From Paraspadella gotoi (taxonomy: Eukaryota > Animalia > Chaetognatha): DNA of 64,000 bases. The translations under genes and the position numbers were made by a program. The notes below the pieces were generated by a model. It searched no databases. It was not told the origin of the DNA and was given only the letters and a program-made list of their open reading frames with translations. Where the stretch lies: contig CM119265.1 in NCBI GenBank assembly GCA_051294375.1, forward strand, positions 14,252,124-14,316,123, in the 5' to 3' direction. Position 1 is the stretch's first letter. Each line of letters opens with the position of its first letter. Shown piece by piece: positions 13,573 through 25,300 of the stretch.

Positions 13573-14844
13573 ACACCTGCGACTCGTGCGTGAATCGCCG
13601 GCGACATCGCTATTTGAATGAACTACAACTTAGGGTCACCCATAGGGGCAAAAAATGATAATTTTTTTAGGGCTCCAGCCCCAGGGCCCTGTATCTCTTG
13701 TCAGGGCTTGAATATGAAAATTCACCTCGATATTTTCATTTATATCGTCATTAGGACTATATGTAAAATTTCATTAAATTCGATCGGGTAGTTTGGTGGA
13801 TACAGAATCTGGTCACAAAAAACCGCCACCTAATTTTATAATATGTAGCCTTCTGTATGTTTATTATAGTAGGAAGTAGCTCTGACAGTAAAGGACATAA
13901 TTGCTAAATTAGCAGGACTTTCAATTGAACGGTATTTTTTTACTCGCATGAAAATAGAGAGTCAGGTTAAGCACAATAAAAATTCACAAACAGTCAACAC
14001 AGCAGGTTAACAATATTTGTAAAAATTCTAAACATTTTTTAACTTAAATTATTAAGGGAAATATAGGTCCATGTAATCAAATATTATCAATTAACTGATT
14101 TAAAAAAGAATGAGAGAGAACTCAAATTACAAAAAGCGAAAAGAGACGAAGACAAAATGACAGAGTGAAAGAGAAGATAAGTGGGTGTGAATAAAGAAAC
14201 TCGGGGGGAAAAAGAAAAAACATTATCTTAAATCGTACTAAAAGCAAAACCCTTGGAAATTAATAACTACTGGAACGTTATGTTGGAATGACTCGATTGA
14301 ATTGTAAATAAAAGATTATTTGACCTATACAGTATAAACTAGATTGGGCCATGACTGTGGAGCGTTAAATTTAAAAAGAATATCTCTTACTTCTTATTTT
14401 AAGAACCGTGTACTTGATAAAACCGAATAAAAAGGCGTATGTAGAAAATCGAAAATGTCTATTTTCTAACTTTTTGAATAATTATCTGGCAGCAAACATT
14501 AACGTAACAAACATAGGCAACAGCAATATGCTCCAGCGCATGAACGATAACGTCAACAGGTTAACTTGAGATCCGCGAAAATTGTGACCTACGGAATTTC
14601 CGTCGGAAACAAACTTGAAAAATAAAAACCCCAAAGCAAAAAATAAATAAAACAAAACATCGAATATCCCAAACGATAAAATAAAAAAGTAACTTTTGTA
14701 ATCTAATAACAAACATGCGGAGGAAACCCACAATTACTAACTTCAGAAATGACAAATGAATGCAGTTAATGCGGATTGGATAATTTAGGTCTACCAGCGT
14801 TATGAAACTATAAACCAATAAAATAATAGTAAAATATGTCAGTG

Positions 14845-17560
14845 TTACATTAACGACTCGAACGATTTGAACAACCCGATAAGATTATCCAACCCATGGT
14901 CATAACCCTCATCACGTTCCAACCCAATTTCTTTCAACCCGTAGGCGTGCGCAAAATCAATCATGTGAAGACCGACGTGGGGACTTACAAATAAATCTGT
15001 AGACGAGGCCTCGGACACTATTTCGGGCGAAGATATCGAGTTTTCTTCGAGCGAATCAGAGCTCGCGGAGTCTTCTGAGTCATGACGAGTTACATCCGGT
15101 CGTTGGGCGACGTCGCCATTGCAGAGACCCTCGCAATCTTGTGCGCCAATGAATGAGTATTGCGTGGGGAGTGGAGAAAAGACGTTTGTACGTTCTTGTA
15201 CCGAAGGCGCGTCGAGATATGGCTCGCCCTCGTAAACTATTAGGACGGAACTGGAATAAAAGGCGAAGGCTTGTTGTCGCGAGAACCACTGTTGCAACTG
15301 CTGAAGGCGGCGCAAGCATCCGGTAACGATGAGCCGCCGATGCAGCGGGTCGGAAGGAAGCAGTCGCGAAAACTCGAGGCGCATCTGGGAATGGGTCAAC
15401 TGACGCCAGAAATCTTTTCCCTCGCAATCTTCAATTATCCTAGAAAAATAATGGGCGGGGGCGAATGCGAATGAAAATTTGATTTCAAATCAACACGCAG
15501 GAACTACTATTTTAATACTCAGTATATATTTGAAGCTGACCTAAAGCGATCTTGGACGGAATCGTAAATCCTGTAGGCCGTCACGCAAAACCCGATGTCT
15601 TTAATATTGCAATATTTCTTAACCTCGCGTTGTTTTTTTAGATCGTCGGCCCAAGGATCGAACGTTTGAGTCCCCATTTTGACGTCGATGACGCAGGGCC
15701 GAACGAAGCCTCGCGTCAAGTCCTCCAACATCAGGTAGGAAAAGCCGTCTAACTGGTTAACAATGTGAGATACTACTAAAGAGAACGAAGTAAACGACTC
15801 CTACAAGTCATTGGTATTCTAGCCAGCGGACAAAACATACAAACTTTTAAAATTAAAAACCTGGCAAAGAAGCCAACCTGAAGCTTTCCGTGATAGGCGG
15901 GAACAAAATCACGTAAACCAAGAATGGCGGCACGATCTTGGTCGCCCCCTTCTTCCCCCTTTTCCGAGGCGAAGACTTTTTCATAGAACGCCAATTCTCG
16001 ACGGCCCCTCGCAGCATCTTGCAACCGTTTTAAAACAGTGCCAAGCTGAAAGAAAATATTTTGAATACAGTAAGTTTCCGTTAGTACCCCTAACCACTAC
16101 CGTACTTTACTGAGTAAAGATAGACTTACACAGATTTTTTTAAATGATAAATAACTACTTGACGTTTTTTTGTGTATAAATTTTATTTTAATCAATTATC
16201 ATTAACAACTTTAAATCTATTTTCTCACAAAGATGGTAAAATCGCCAAATTGTCGGTTTTTTATTTGTTAAAAATCGAATAAAATGAACAATTTTGTATT
16301 AAGTTTTTAAGGCAGTGTTACAGATATATTGGTGTTTTTTTGCCCACTATTAAGTCCATAAACCTTTTGGTTCCTGTCCTGTCCTGAGAGAATGATGCTC
16401 CAGCCTTTATTCAAATAATTCTAGCTGGCTGACTAAGCAATTTGCAAGACTGCTTTTTTGTGCCAAAAGATTATTGGCATGACGAAGATGTCTATTCACT
16501 GCCTATAATTAGCTTGTCCTATTTTGAAAAATTAAAGAAAGAGGAGCGCCTATGGCAAGACAATTTAAAAAATTGATAGTTTAAGCTCGATAGAGTGACC
16601 AGTGAATCACAGCATCCGCTGCATAAAAGTTTTTTATCTTAATTTTTCAAGAAAAATCAGTTCGAGAAGAGGGGATATTCTTTAGCTATCCTGAGGTTCC
16701 AACCTGTAAAATCTTATTTTTTTCTTTTGATGATTTAGAATTAGAAAGGTTTGTAAGCAGAAACCAAAGTTGTTATTAGTATTCGACTTTTGTAATGGTA
16801 AAAAATTAGAGCTGCTTTTGGACAAGGTTTTTTGCTCCATAAAGAAGAATTTTTTTGCACTGGTTTTGATAGCATTTTGAGAATGTTTTAAAGCGTTTTT
16901 AAGCAATGTTTTGAATTTTTTAAAAACGTCAATAATTTTTTTTTTCAATTGGTGCTATAATTTTTTCTTATTGGCGCATAGTTTAGGTATAATTAATTTT
17001 TCTTTTGTATCATCGGATTTGGCTCATGGGGTATAATAATCAATGAATAATTAAGTTTTACTAGTTAAAAAACTACTAATTAATAATTATACATATTGAA
17101 GTGCGGATTGAAATTACTAAAAACTATCAATTGATTCTAAAACCAGTATATTAATCTATGTTAGATTGCAAGTTGAAAATTTGGTTAAATACACACCTCA
17201 GCCGACTGAATATTAAGAGAAAGGGGAACGATTTTTACACCAATTTTTAAACCTTCGTCGGTTCAAATAAAAAGAGAATAATACTACCTTTTTGCTCTGC
17301 AGACACCCGATGAAGGCGCCCTTATTAGTTCCCTTCTCCTCGAACTTGTGTCCGCCCGCTTGGGCCTCCAACGGCACAAATTGCTCGAGAAAGTCATCGT
17401 TTTTGGGCAAGACTTCCGTGACGTCATAACTGTCACCGTTCCATTGTTTCTGGTCGCCGACAAGGGGAAACTTAGTGGAAGGAATCACGCCCTTAGACCA
17501 ATTGACGCCGACATCGCCGATTTGATGCTCTAGCGTTAACTTGGACACAAGTGACGTCAT
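14845..17560 (-). CDS. IPMK: Inositol polyphosphate multikinase, 4 exons (17560-17288, 16045-15878, 15752-15541, 15439-14845; 415 aa)
   Basis: QAGGH, GTVLKRLQ..RGRRELAFY, the PxxxDxKxG motif PCVIDVKMG, FYSSSVLIVYEG and MIDFAH. Exon phases sum to 416 codons. Confidence 0.92.
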
Positions 17561-17605
17561 TTTCGACCTTCTCTCGTTTTATTGTTTTCATTGAACCCTA
17601 CTTCT

Positions 17606-17712
17606 CTGGAAGAAAAAGAACTAAGTTTAAACGCGAAAAAAAAATAAGATTAAAAACAAGAGTCAATAACCGCATGGGCGCGTCGTCTTTTAATTTAATC
17701 AAATTATCTGGA
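17606..17712 (-). promoter_or_regulatory. Putative intercistronic region with orphan 3' splice (trans-splice) acceptor upstream of IPMK
   Basis: After the SPO11 stop: ATTAAA, U-rich tracts, then ttctttttcttccag (AG at 17607-17606), 45 nt before the IPMK ATG. No room for a promoter or upstream exon. Confidence 0.55.
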
Positions 17713-19211
17713 TTAAGAAATCCAACCATGATATTTTATCTTTAAAGGAAGATAACTGTTGTGCAAGAAATCAGGAGATATTTCGGCGACGCTTTGGATT
17801 TCCGCTTTTCGACCGATGCGAGACATGAGTTCAATCTGCTTTAGCCAGTCGGGGCTTTTCGCGCAGAGATCGGGGTGACGGTGAAGTGATGAGAGTTTAG
17901 ACCGGTCGGTTTCTGTCAGAGGCAACAGAGTCGACGCCGGAACAAGTTTCCTAAATTTATAACAGGTTTTTGCCTAATGAGCCACTCCGATGTAAGATTC
18001 TGAGATATGAGTATAAAATTATAAACCTATGTAAGTCAGATGGCAGGATGCCCAGCCACTTCGCTGGCGGAACCGTAAGAAGGTGCTTTTCTTCGTTAAG
18101 ATTCTGCGATCCGAACTTATAGATCGAGGCGATATGGATTCCGTGAGGATCACAATCCATAAGTAGCAGCACTGGAATATTCAGACTCGTCCACAAAAAT
18201 CGCACAAATTTTCTTGAAAAAAAATGCAGTCGGTAAAAGAAATGTTCTTGCTAAAAAAGGGAAACAAAGCTTTCACTCTTGCCTCGTGTTGTAATCGGGA
18301 TAACCACATCCAGTGACTAGGATGCAATCCTGAAGTTCCCTACCCTGACTCAAAGCACCCGATGAAAGAATCTGTTGATAAGTGGCTTGTTTTTCGACGA
18401 CGAGGATGTGACGAGCCTCGGACTTTAATTCGGTCACGTCATCAAAGGGGACAGAAATTCCGAAGGTTCCTACTTGTTTACATTTGAAAGAATCATAAAA
18501 GGAGAGTTGTCCGGCCACAAAACCTAAAGTAGTGGCACTGACGTTAAGACAAGACCAACGGTTTTCAAATGTTTATCTCCTACCTTTTGCCGCCGCAACG
18601 ATGCCCAAATCGTTTCGTGGGACTCGCAAAATCTTGGCGCAAAGATCTAGTGTGGTATCCACGTAACTCTGCCGTCGCCAAAACGCGACGTCTTGGTAGT
18701 AAACGTCGCGTTTGGTGGATTTCCTTCCCGAGTTCAAATTGTCCTGAACGACGACTAAAAGTTTTAGGAGCCTCGGGAATGCCGCCGAGTGGAAACTAAG
18801 GGTTTTGGGGACTCGCACGAATTTGTCAGGAAAGACTTTATAATGATTGAGGTCATCGATGTGAGGTTCACAGTAGGGGTTGATCAGCATTTCATCGCCA
18901 AGATTAAGTGAAGTTGAAGAATAGGGTATGGATTGACTGTGGCTCCAATCATCGGAGAATTTACAAGTTGAAATAGTTGATTGATTGATAGTATTATAAT
19001 CGAAAATATCATAAATTATCTCGCCATCTGACTTCGCTTCCCGCGGGCGTTTTATACTCTCGCCGTCGTTGTCGTCTTGATGCCTTTTCCGCGTCTCTTC
19101 AAAGTAAGAAAGAGTGAAAGCCTCCGGACGTCCCTCCTCGACGCAGGCTTCCAATTCCCGCCGGATAGCGTCAATTTTAACCAAAATTAACTCTTTCGTC
19201 GATACGGACAT
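17713..19211 (-). CDS. SPO11: Meiotic recombination protein SPO11, 4 exons (19211-18584, 18523-18283, 18212-18027, 17950-17713; 430 aa)
   Basis: Catalytic STKRDVYY, TOPRIM ILVVEK and LMDCDPHG (DxD), IYKFGS, WLGILPSD, KAEIQ, C-terminal YLPLKIKYHGWI. Confidence 0.95.
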
Positions 19212-19248
19212 TTTTTTAACGATAGGATCCAAGGTTTATAGACTGAAC

Positions 19249-19307
19249 CTGGAAAACAAACGATGGAAAACGAACCAATAACAAAAATACGACTATGTCC
19301 CTAAAGT
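19249..19307 (-). promoter_or_regulatory. Putative intercistronic region with orphan 3' splice (trans-splice) acceptor upstream of SPO11
   Basis: The POLR1B stop is followed within 59 nt by U-rich sequence ending tttgttttccag (AG at 19250-19249), 37 nt before the SPO11 ATG. Confidence 0.6.
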
Positions 19308-22300
19308 TCAAGTGGCCGTTTTGCAAGATATTTCTGTTTTAATGTTGACAGCCGCCAATTCGGCGACGAGATATTGAAAGCAATAAGGTACCACAATTGA
19401 CTGTACAGTCGAGGAAGAACCGCAGACTCGACAAACCACACGTGGTTCGCCCCAACTCTTTCTCGCTGGCAGCATCGATGTCGTGAAAAGCTGCTTGCAT
19501 TCCGTACAAATCCGAGCGATGCTCCGGTCGGAGACGTTCATCAGGCGCTCCTGGGAACATAAGGTTGGTAATTTTAATGAAAGTTACAAGTTTACTCGTT
19601 TTACCATATTCTAAAAAAATATTTTTTTCAATATAAAAAATCTTAAAAGCATAAGGATCGTCGCAATCGCATAAGAAAAATCTGGATTGAAAATTAATTT
19701 GTAAACAGAAAGAAAAATTCTATTTGCGATTGTCAATTAAAAAAAATAAAATACCGAGGAAAATTAAAATTACAGTTTTTGAAAAAAAGAAGAAAAAAAA
19801 GAAAAAACTTTTTTCATTGATAATGAAAAAGTATTTTTTTGTCATTGTCAATTGTCAAATAAACTGATCAGCAGACGCAGCATCTGAGGAAAAAAATTTG
19901 AGAAAATAAAATTAATTTATAAACAGAAGGAAAAATTCTATTTTGCGATTGTCAATTAAAAAAATAATAAAATACCGAAGAAAATTAAAATTACAGTTNN
20001 NNNNNNNNCTTATTCAATTTTTTTCAATTTTTCAATTTGTTACTACCTTCGGGGCATGGGACCTGGATGCTTTCTCAAACTTAAAAGATTTCGCCAAACT
20101 CCAAGCAACGAATGCAGGCTTAGATATCGGCAAAACGTCTAAGCACTTTTTTGAGAGACTTTGTCTGCCTTCAGCGCGAGAACGGGGACCTGCTCGCTTC
20201 CCGAAGTCCCGTGATTGAGTTGCCGTCTCATGTGGACGGAGTTGCTTGACTGTCTCCCGATCTCTTCTTCTTTTTCATTCTTTTTTATCTTCCCCTTATT
20301 TGTTCTCGTTTATTGTTGACATAAGATATTTTTGCAACCATTCCCTCAATTATTTGTTTGCTCTGTTTTCTTTTAAGAAAAAAAAAAAAAATAATAAAAA
20401 CGCAGAGAGAGAGAGAAGCCAAATCGTTTTTGGAAGAATCAGCAGCGGCAGCAGCAGAAGCAGCAGGAGAAAAGAGAGAAAAAGAAAGAGCCCCTGCAGA
20501 GCCAGCTGCAGACTCGTTTTTTTTGTTGATGAATCTGGGGAAAAGAGAGAGAGATAGCTACATATAATTAAAAGAGAAAAGAGAGAGAGAGGAGACATAA
20601 AAGGATATTTGTTTTGATAAAACGTAAACAAAACATATTTAATAACTGTCCTGACCCAATTTTAAGGACATTGATGATGAGAAGCTGTATAGAAATTTTT
20701 AGCTTCATACACCCAAATTTAATCATAATAAATGGCGATCTATAATTTGGAACGCCGACGACAACAACGACGACGCCACTTATGTGCAAAACCACAGCAA
20801 AATCGTCGCAAACGCAAGGCGATTGCGACGATAAAAAATATAGTTATATCTACAAACTAGCGAGCAACTAGGTATATAAAATTAAGTAATCATTAATTAA
20901 AAAGAAGAGAATAAGTTTTTACTACTGAAAAATTACAAAGAAATCTGTCTAAACGCCCTTTAGTAGAGAATGGGCTTAAAATTGATTCGTGTCAAACTCA
21001 GCGGCTAAAGGGGAAGAAGACAAAAGTCAAGCGTTGAAGACACCCGAAAAAAGGGAAACTGTAAAGTCAATGGAAACAGCTGGTATTAAAGGAGCTACAA
21101 CCGACGGGTCAATGCCGCTTCATGAAGAGCCTTTCGATATGGGCGAGATCGAAGAAATACAAAACAATGAAGCATCACTGGGACAAATAAACCAATTAAA
21201 CGGAAGCGAGCAGCCCCAAAGAATGGGGGAAGATCTCCCTTGGGAACAAGACGAGATAAGTGAGATCGAAGAAAAGCTCGTTAAGACTGGAACGGAATTA
21301 TCGTCCCTTACAAGGGCATTGGCGGCCGCCAATAGTCGGACGGATGACCAGCGGCAACGGGTCGAGAAAGTCAAGGACTTAGAAAAGCGAATAATCCGAG
21401 TTCGGCAAACTGTCGTAGAAGAATTAGAGTTTTATCGTAAACAATGCGATGAATACGAACCAAAGACAGATTTCGTCTACCATGCGAGCGAAGTGAGTAT
21501 CGCTTCTTGCAAATCTTAATTTATTCTACAGTAGTATGTTAATTTGATGAGCGGAATTTATTGTAGATTGTAGATTATAAATTTCAATTTCGGTCTAGAT
21601 GGGGGTGGAACAACTGAAGACCCTAGTACAGCGAACAGCGAAGATAGAAACGAAATTTGAGGAAGAAACGTTGCCGCCGCTTCGCGATCGCATTCTCCGA
21701 GAATTACTCGTGGCGAAAGATGAAGTGGAAGACATCAGAAGACGAGTGGAGTTGATTAAAGAGGAAGAGGCGGAAATGTCGAGGAGAAAACAAAGGCTTC
21801 AGAGAAGAATAGGCAAGACATTTAGGAATTAAAAATCGCTTGACTTTACTTCACAAATGCTTTTTCGTAGAAGAGACCCGCTGGGAGGCGGCACAAATGC
21901 GACACCTCACTTTGGAGGTACAAAGAAGAGCTATGGAATTACGTCGACAAGCAGACTTAGCCCGTCGGCAGGCGGCCGAGGCTCACGTTCGCGCCGATCA
22001 AACACGCCGCGCCGCTCGTTACGCCGCCTTGCAGTGGCTAACGGTGCGACAGACTTTATCTGACGGGGGAATCATGTCGAATAGGTGAATCACTTTATTG
22101 GTAGGTTTTATTAGTAAATTTACCTCAATTAATTTTTTAATAGTACTATACCTAGATTATTATACAACTTTCTGGTGAACGGTATGAGGGAAAATCAAGA
22201 ACGACATAACGAGATATCAAACGGTAGTAGAAAACAGAAAATTATTCCTTGAACTTGAGACACAAACAAAAATTGCGTCAATTTTATTGGAAACATAGGG

Positions 22301-25300
22301 AGAGACAACGTTGATAACGAACTCGGCGAACCAGAAATTGGGCGAATAAGTCCGTCAACAATGCCCACAAACTCGGTGATGGCTGAAAATCACGTGATTG
22401 ATTCGAAAGAAATCGAATGTGCGACGATAAAAATGAAGTGAGCGCAGTAGCGACTGAAATTGTAGACATTTATTTTCAATATAGGCGTTGTTCTACTCAG
22501 TATGTTCCTTACCGGACTCCACTTCCGAAAAGAAAAAAAAGGTAACTTTACGAGTAAACAATCAATATTAAAAAGATCAGAAAAGGGTTATCTTTCCTAT
22601 AACTTACTAATTGGATACTTTGTCTTGGACTTAGAAACAACTGACGAAAAGAAAAAGAAAAAAGAGCAGGAAAATCAAAATAAAAAGTTGAAAATACTTT
22701 CAGATGCGCCGGTACAAATAATCTGTGATGGCGGATCTCTCCTAAAATATAATGCTTGAAAATTTATCCTCCAGAACCCCACTTATACGAAGGCGGAACC
22801 GGATTACCGACGTCCCAACAGCGGACCTTTAAATGAGCGAATTTGGCAAACGTTTTTTTCCATTCGTCAAAACATATCTTGCCTGGAGGATGAAATCAGA
22901 CGCGCCGCGGATTAAACAGCTTTTGTGGTTATGATACATTTGAATGAATATAAACCTTGTTCCTGTCTTGGATAAACTCACAAAGAGAAGCATGCGAGTT
23001 ATTAACACCTAGTATTTACCTGAAGAAGAAATGAAGCGCCGTGTGAAACGAGGGCGTCTCTCTCCATCTCGCCGAAACGTATGCCGCCACCTACTTTACG
23101 TCCCTTCACCGGTTGTCGGGTAATACTGTCGATCGGACCGGTAGTTCGAACCTTGAAGTTAGGTGATGATAGTATTTACATAAAACGCACTTTACTATAT
23201 GAAATTGGTACAACCAATATATAAATTATCCATTCATCTAATAAATAAGCTATCTTGCCCTTGACTTTGGACAGGCTTTGGTGGTTTAAGGCCTCCATCA
23301 CTCTTACAAGATAATGACATCGCAGGTCGCTGCAAGCTTTCAATCAAGACACACAACCAGTGCCAGAGTACCTGAAGTGGTATAATATTTTAAAGAATGT
23401 TTCAATTGTATGAAAAGACCCCTTTCTTAAGTATTAGATCGGGTAATACAATATTGTACTCCACACTAGCATCAAAATACAAGGAGCTGAATTTTATGTA
23501 AATGTTACAACTAATATAAAAATTATCCATTCGTTTAATAAATAATAATTATATAATTCAAGGTATTAGCAAGAGGAAAAAAAAGATCTGACCTGATATT
23601 TGTCGGAAACCATGTGTCTAAGTCTTTGGTAGTAAACGACTCCGATGAAGATCTCAGCGGTGAGCATCTGCCCCCCTATCCCGGAATACATTGTCTCCGT
23701 TCCATAATAATCGAATCCAGCTCGGCGCAAAAGTTCCCCGTGGTACTCGTGCGCAGGTCTAGATTCAGAAAACGCATCGGAAAACGGGGAAGCGTCTTCG
23801 GGTACGCCGGAAACGGCCACGCTTTTACCGGCCATGCTTTCCAGCATCATGCCGATCGTCATCCGAGATGGATAGCCGTGGGGATTGAAGATGATGTCAG
23901 GCACGACACCGCTCTCGCAGAAGGGCATGTCCTAGAAACAAGACGGATAAAAGAATAAAATGACAATTAGTCTAAATAAATAGATTAAAAATCAGAATTA
24001 TGCTACTTCCAGACCTGATGAGGATAGCGCAAGGAGCAAACCCCCTTCTGTCCATGGCGCGAGGCGAACTTATCGCCTATGATAGGGTGACGCACAAAAC
24101 GGAGCGTCAAACATGCGCGCGCGAAACCGTCGGAACTGTGTTCGCTTTGAAGCGCCTTGAAAAATAAGAACATGAAAGAGACCCCATGACAGAATTTTCT
24201 ATTTGAATTACCTTTATCTGTTCTACAAATGCGTTTTCGCTTTTGTTGAATCTCTTAACAATGGGCGTTTGAGGTTCGTTTACGCTCACGTAAGAGTACA
24301 TAGGGTCGCCGTGTTTTAATTCAGTTCCCAATGGAGGAAACCCGTCTGCTTCCAGACCAGGAAACTTTTCCGGGTCGGGATTTCCGAAAACGTATGGAAA
24401 TTTGGAGACCCATCGACGCTCGCCGGTAACGTCGCGAAGATCAATAATTTCACTTTTGTAGATGTAGCCCCAACAGAAACCTCGCTCGAAGCTACCTAAA
24501 AACGCAAATAGAAAGGGGAAACGAAAAAAATAGAAAATTTAACTTTTTTCCAAATCTCACTAGCTGTATTTTATTAAAATATAATGAGCAACATTCTAGG
24601 GAATGCAACTAAAAACAGACGGGTCACCAATTTAAAAACAATTTTAGAGACTTAACTTATGCAAAGCTTTATAAATTTAAGTTGCATCCTGGGTCCGCCC
24701 GCTCTTATGGAATATATTTGGGTCTTTATTACCTGAAAATCGCATATGGATTAAAACCAAGAACATTTTTGGAATCCCTTTGGTCTTAGATTAATCGATA
24801 TTTTATAATATTTATAGGACAATAGCCTAATTATAATTAATATTGTAACATGATATTTCTTTTTTCTTTCCGCGAGAATAGAAGATTATCACGGCTTAGT
24901 AAAACTTTGCATCAAGGTAAGTTAGTTATTATTATTATTGTTGTTATTATTATTATTGTTATTATTATTATTATCATCTCTATTTTTTGTCTTTTACATT
25001 ATTGACGTTTATCGTCAAAAGTTTTTTTTTTAAGGGCTTTAATCCGTACGGATACCCAGATTAACCCATTAATTTACTAACTTACGTAGTAATTTGTATG
25101 TTTTGTTTAAGTTATTACAACCGTTTGAAATTTTTTTAAAAAAGTATTAGTGCCGTGACCTTAACCTAGAGTCAAGCAATCTCTCTCTCTCACATCCCTC
25201 TCTCTCTCACTCTTTCTCTCTCATTGTCTCGCTGAAGAAGGCTAAGATTTTGCATAAAAAGAGCAAAAAAATGTTTCTCTTTAAAATGACAGGGAACAGA

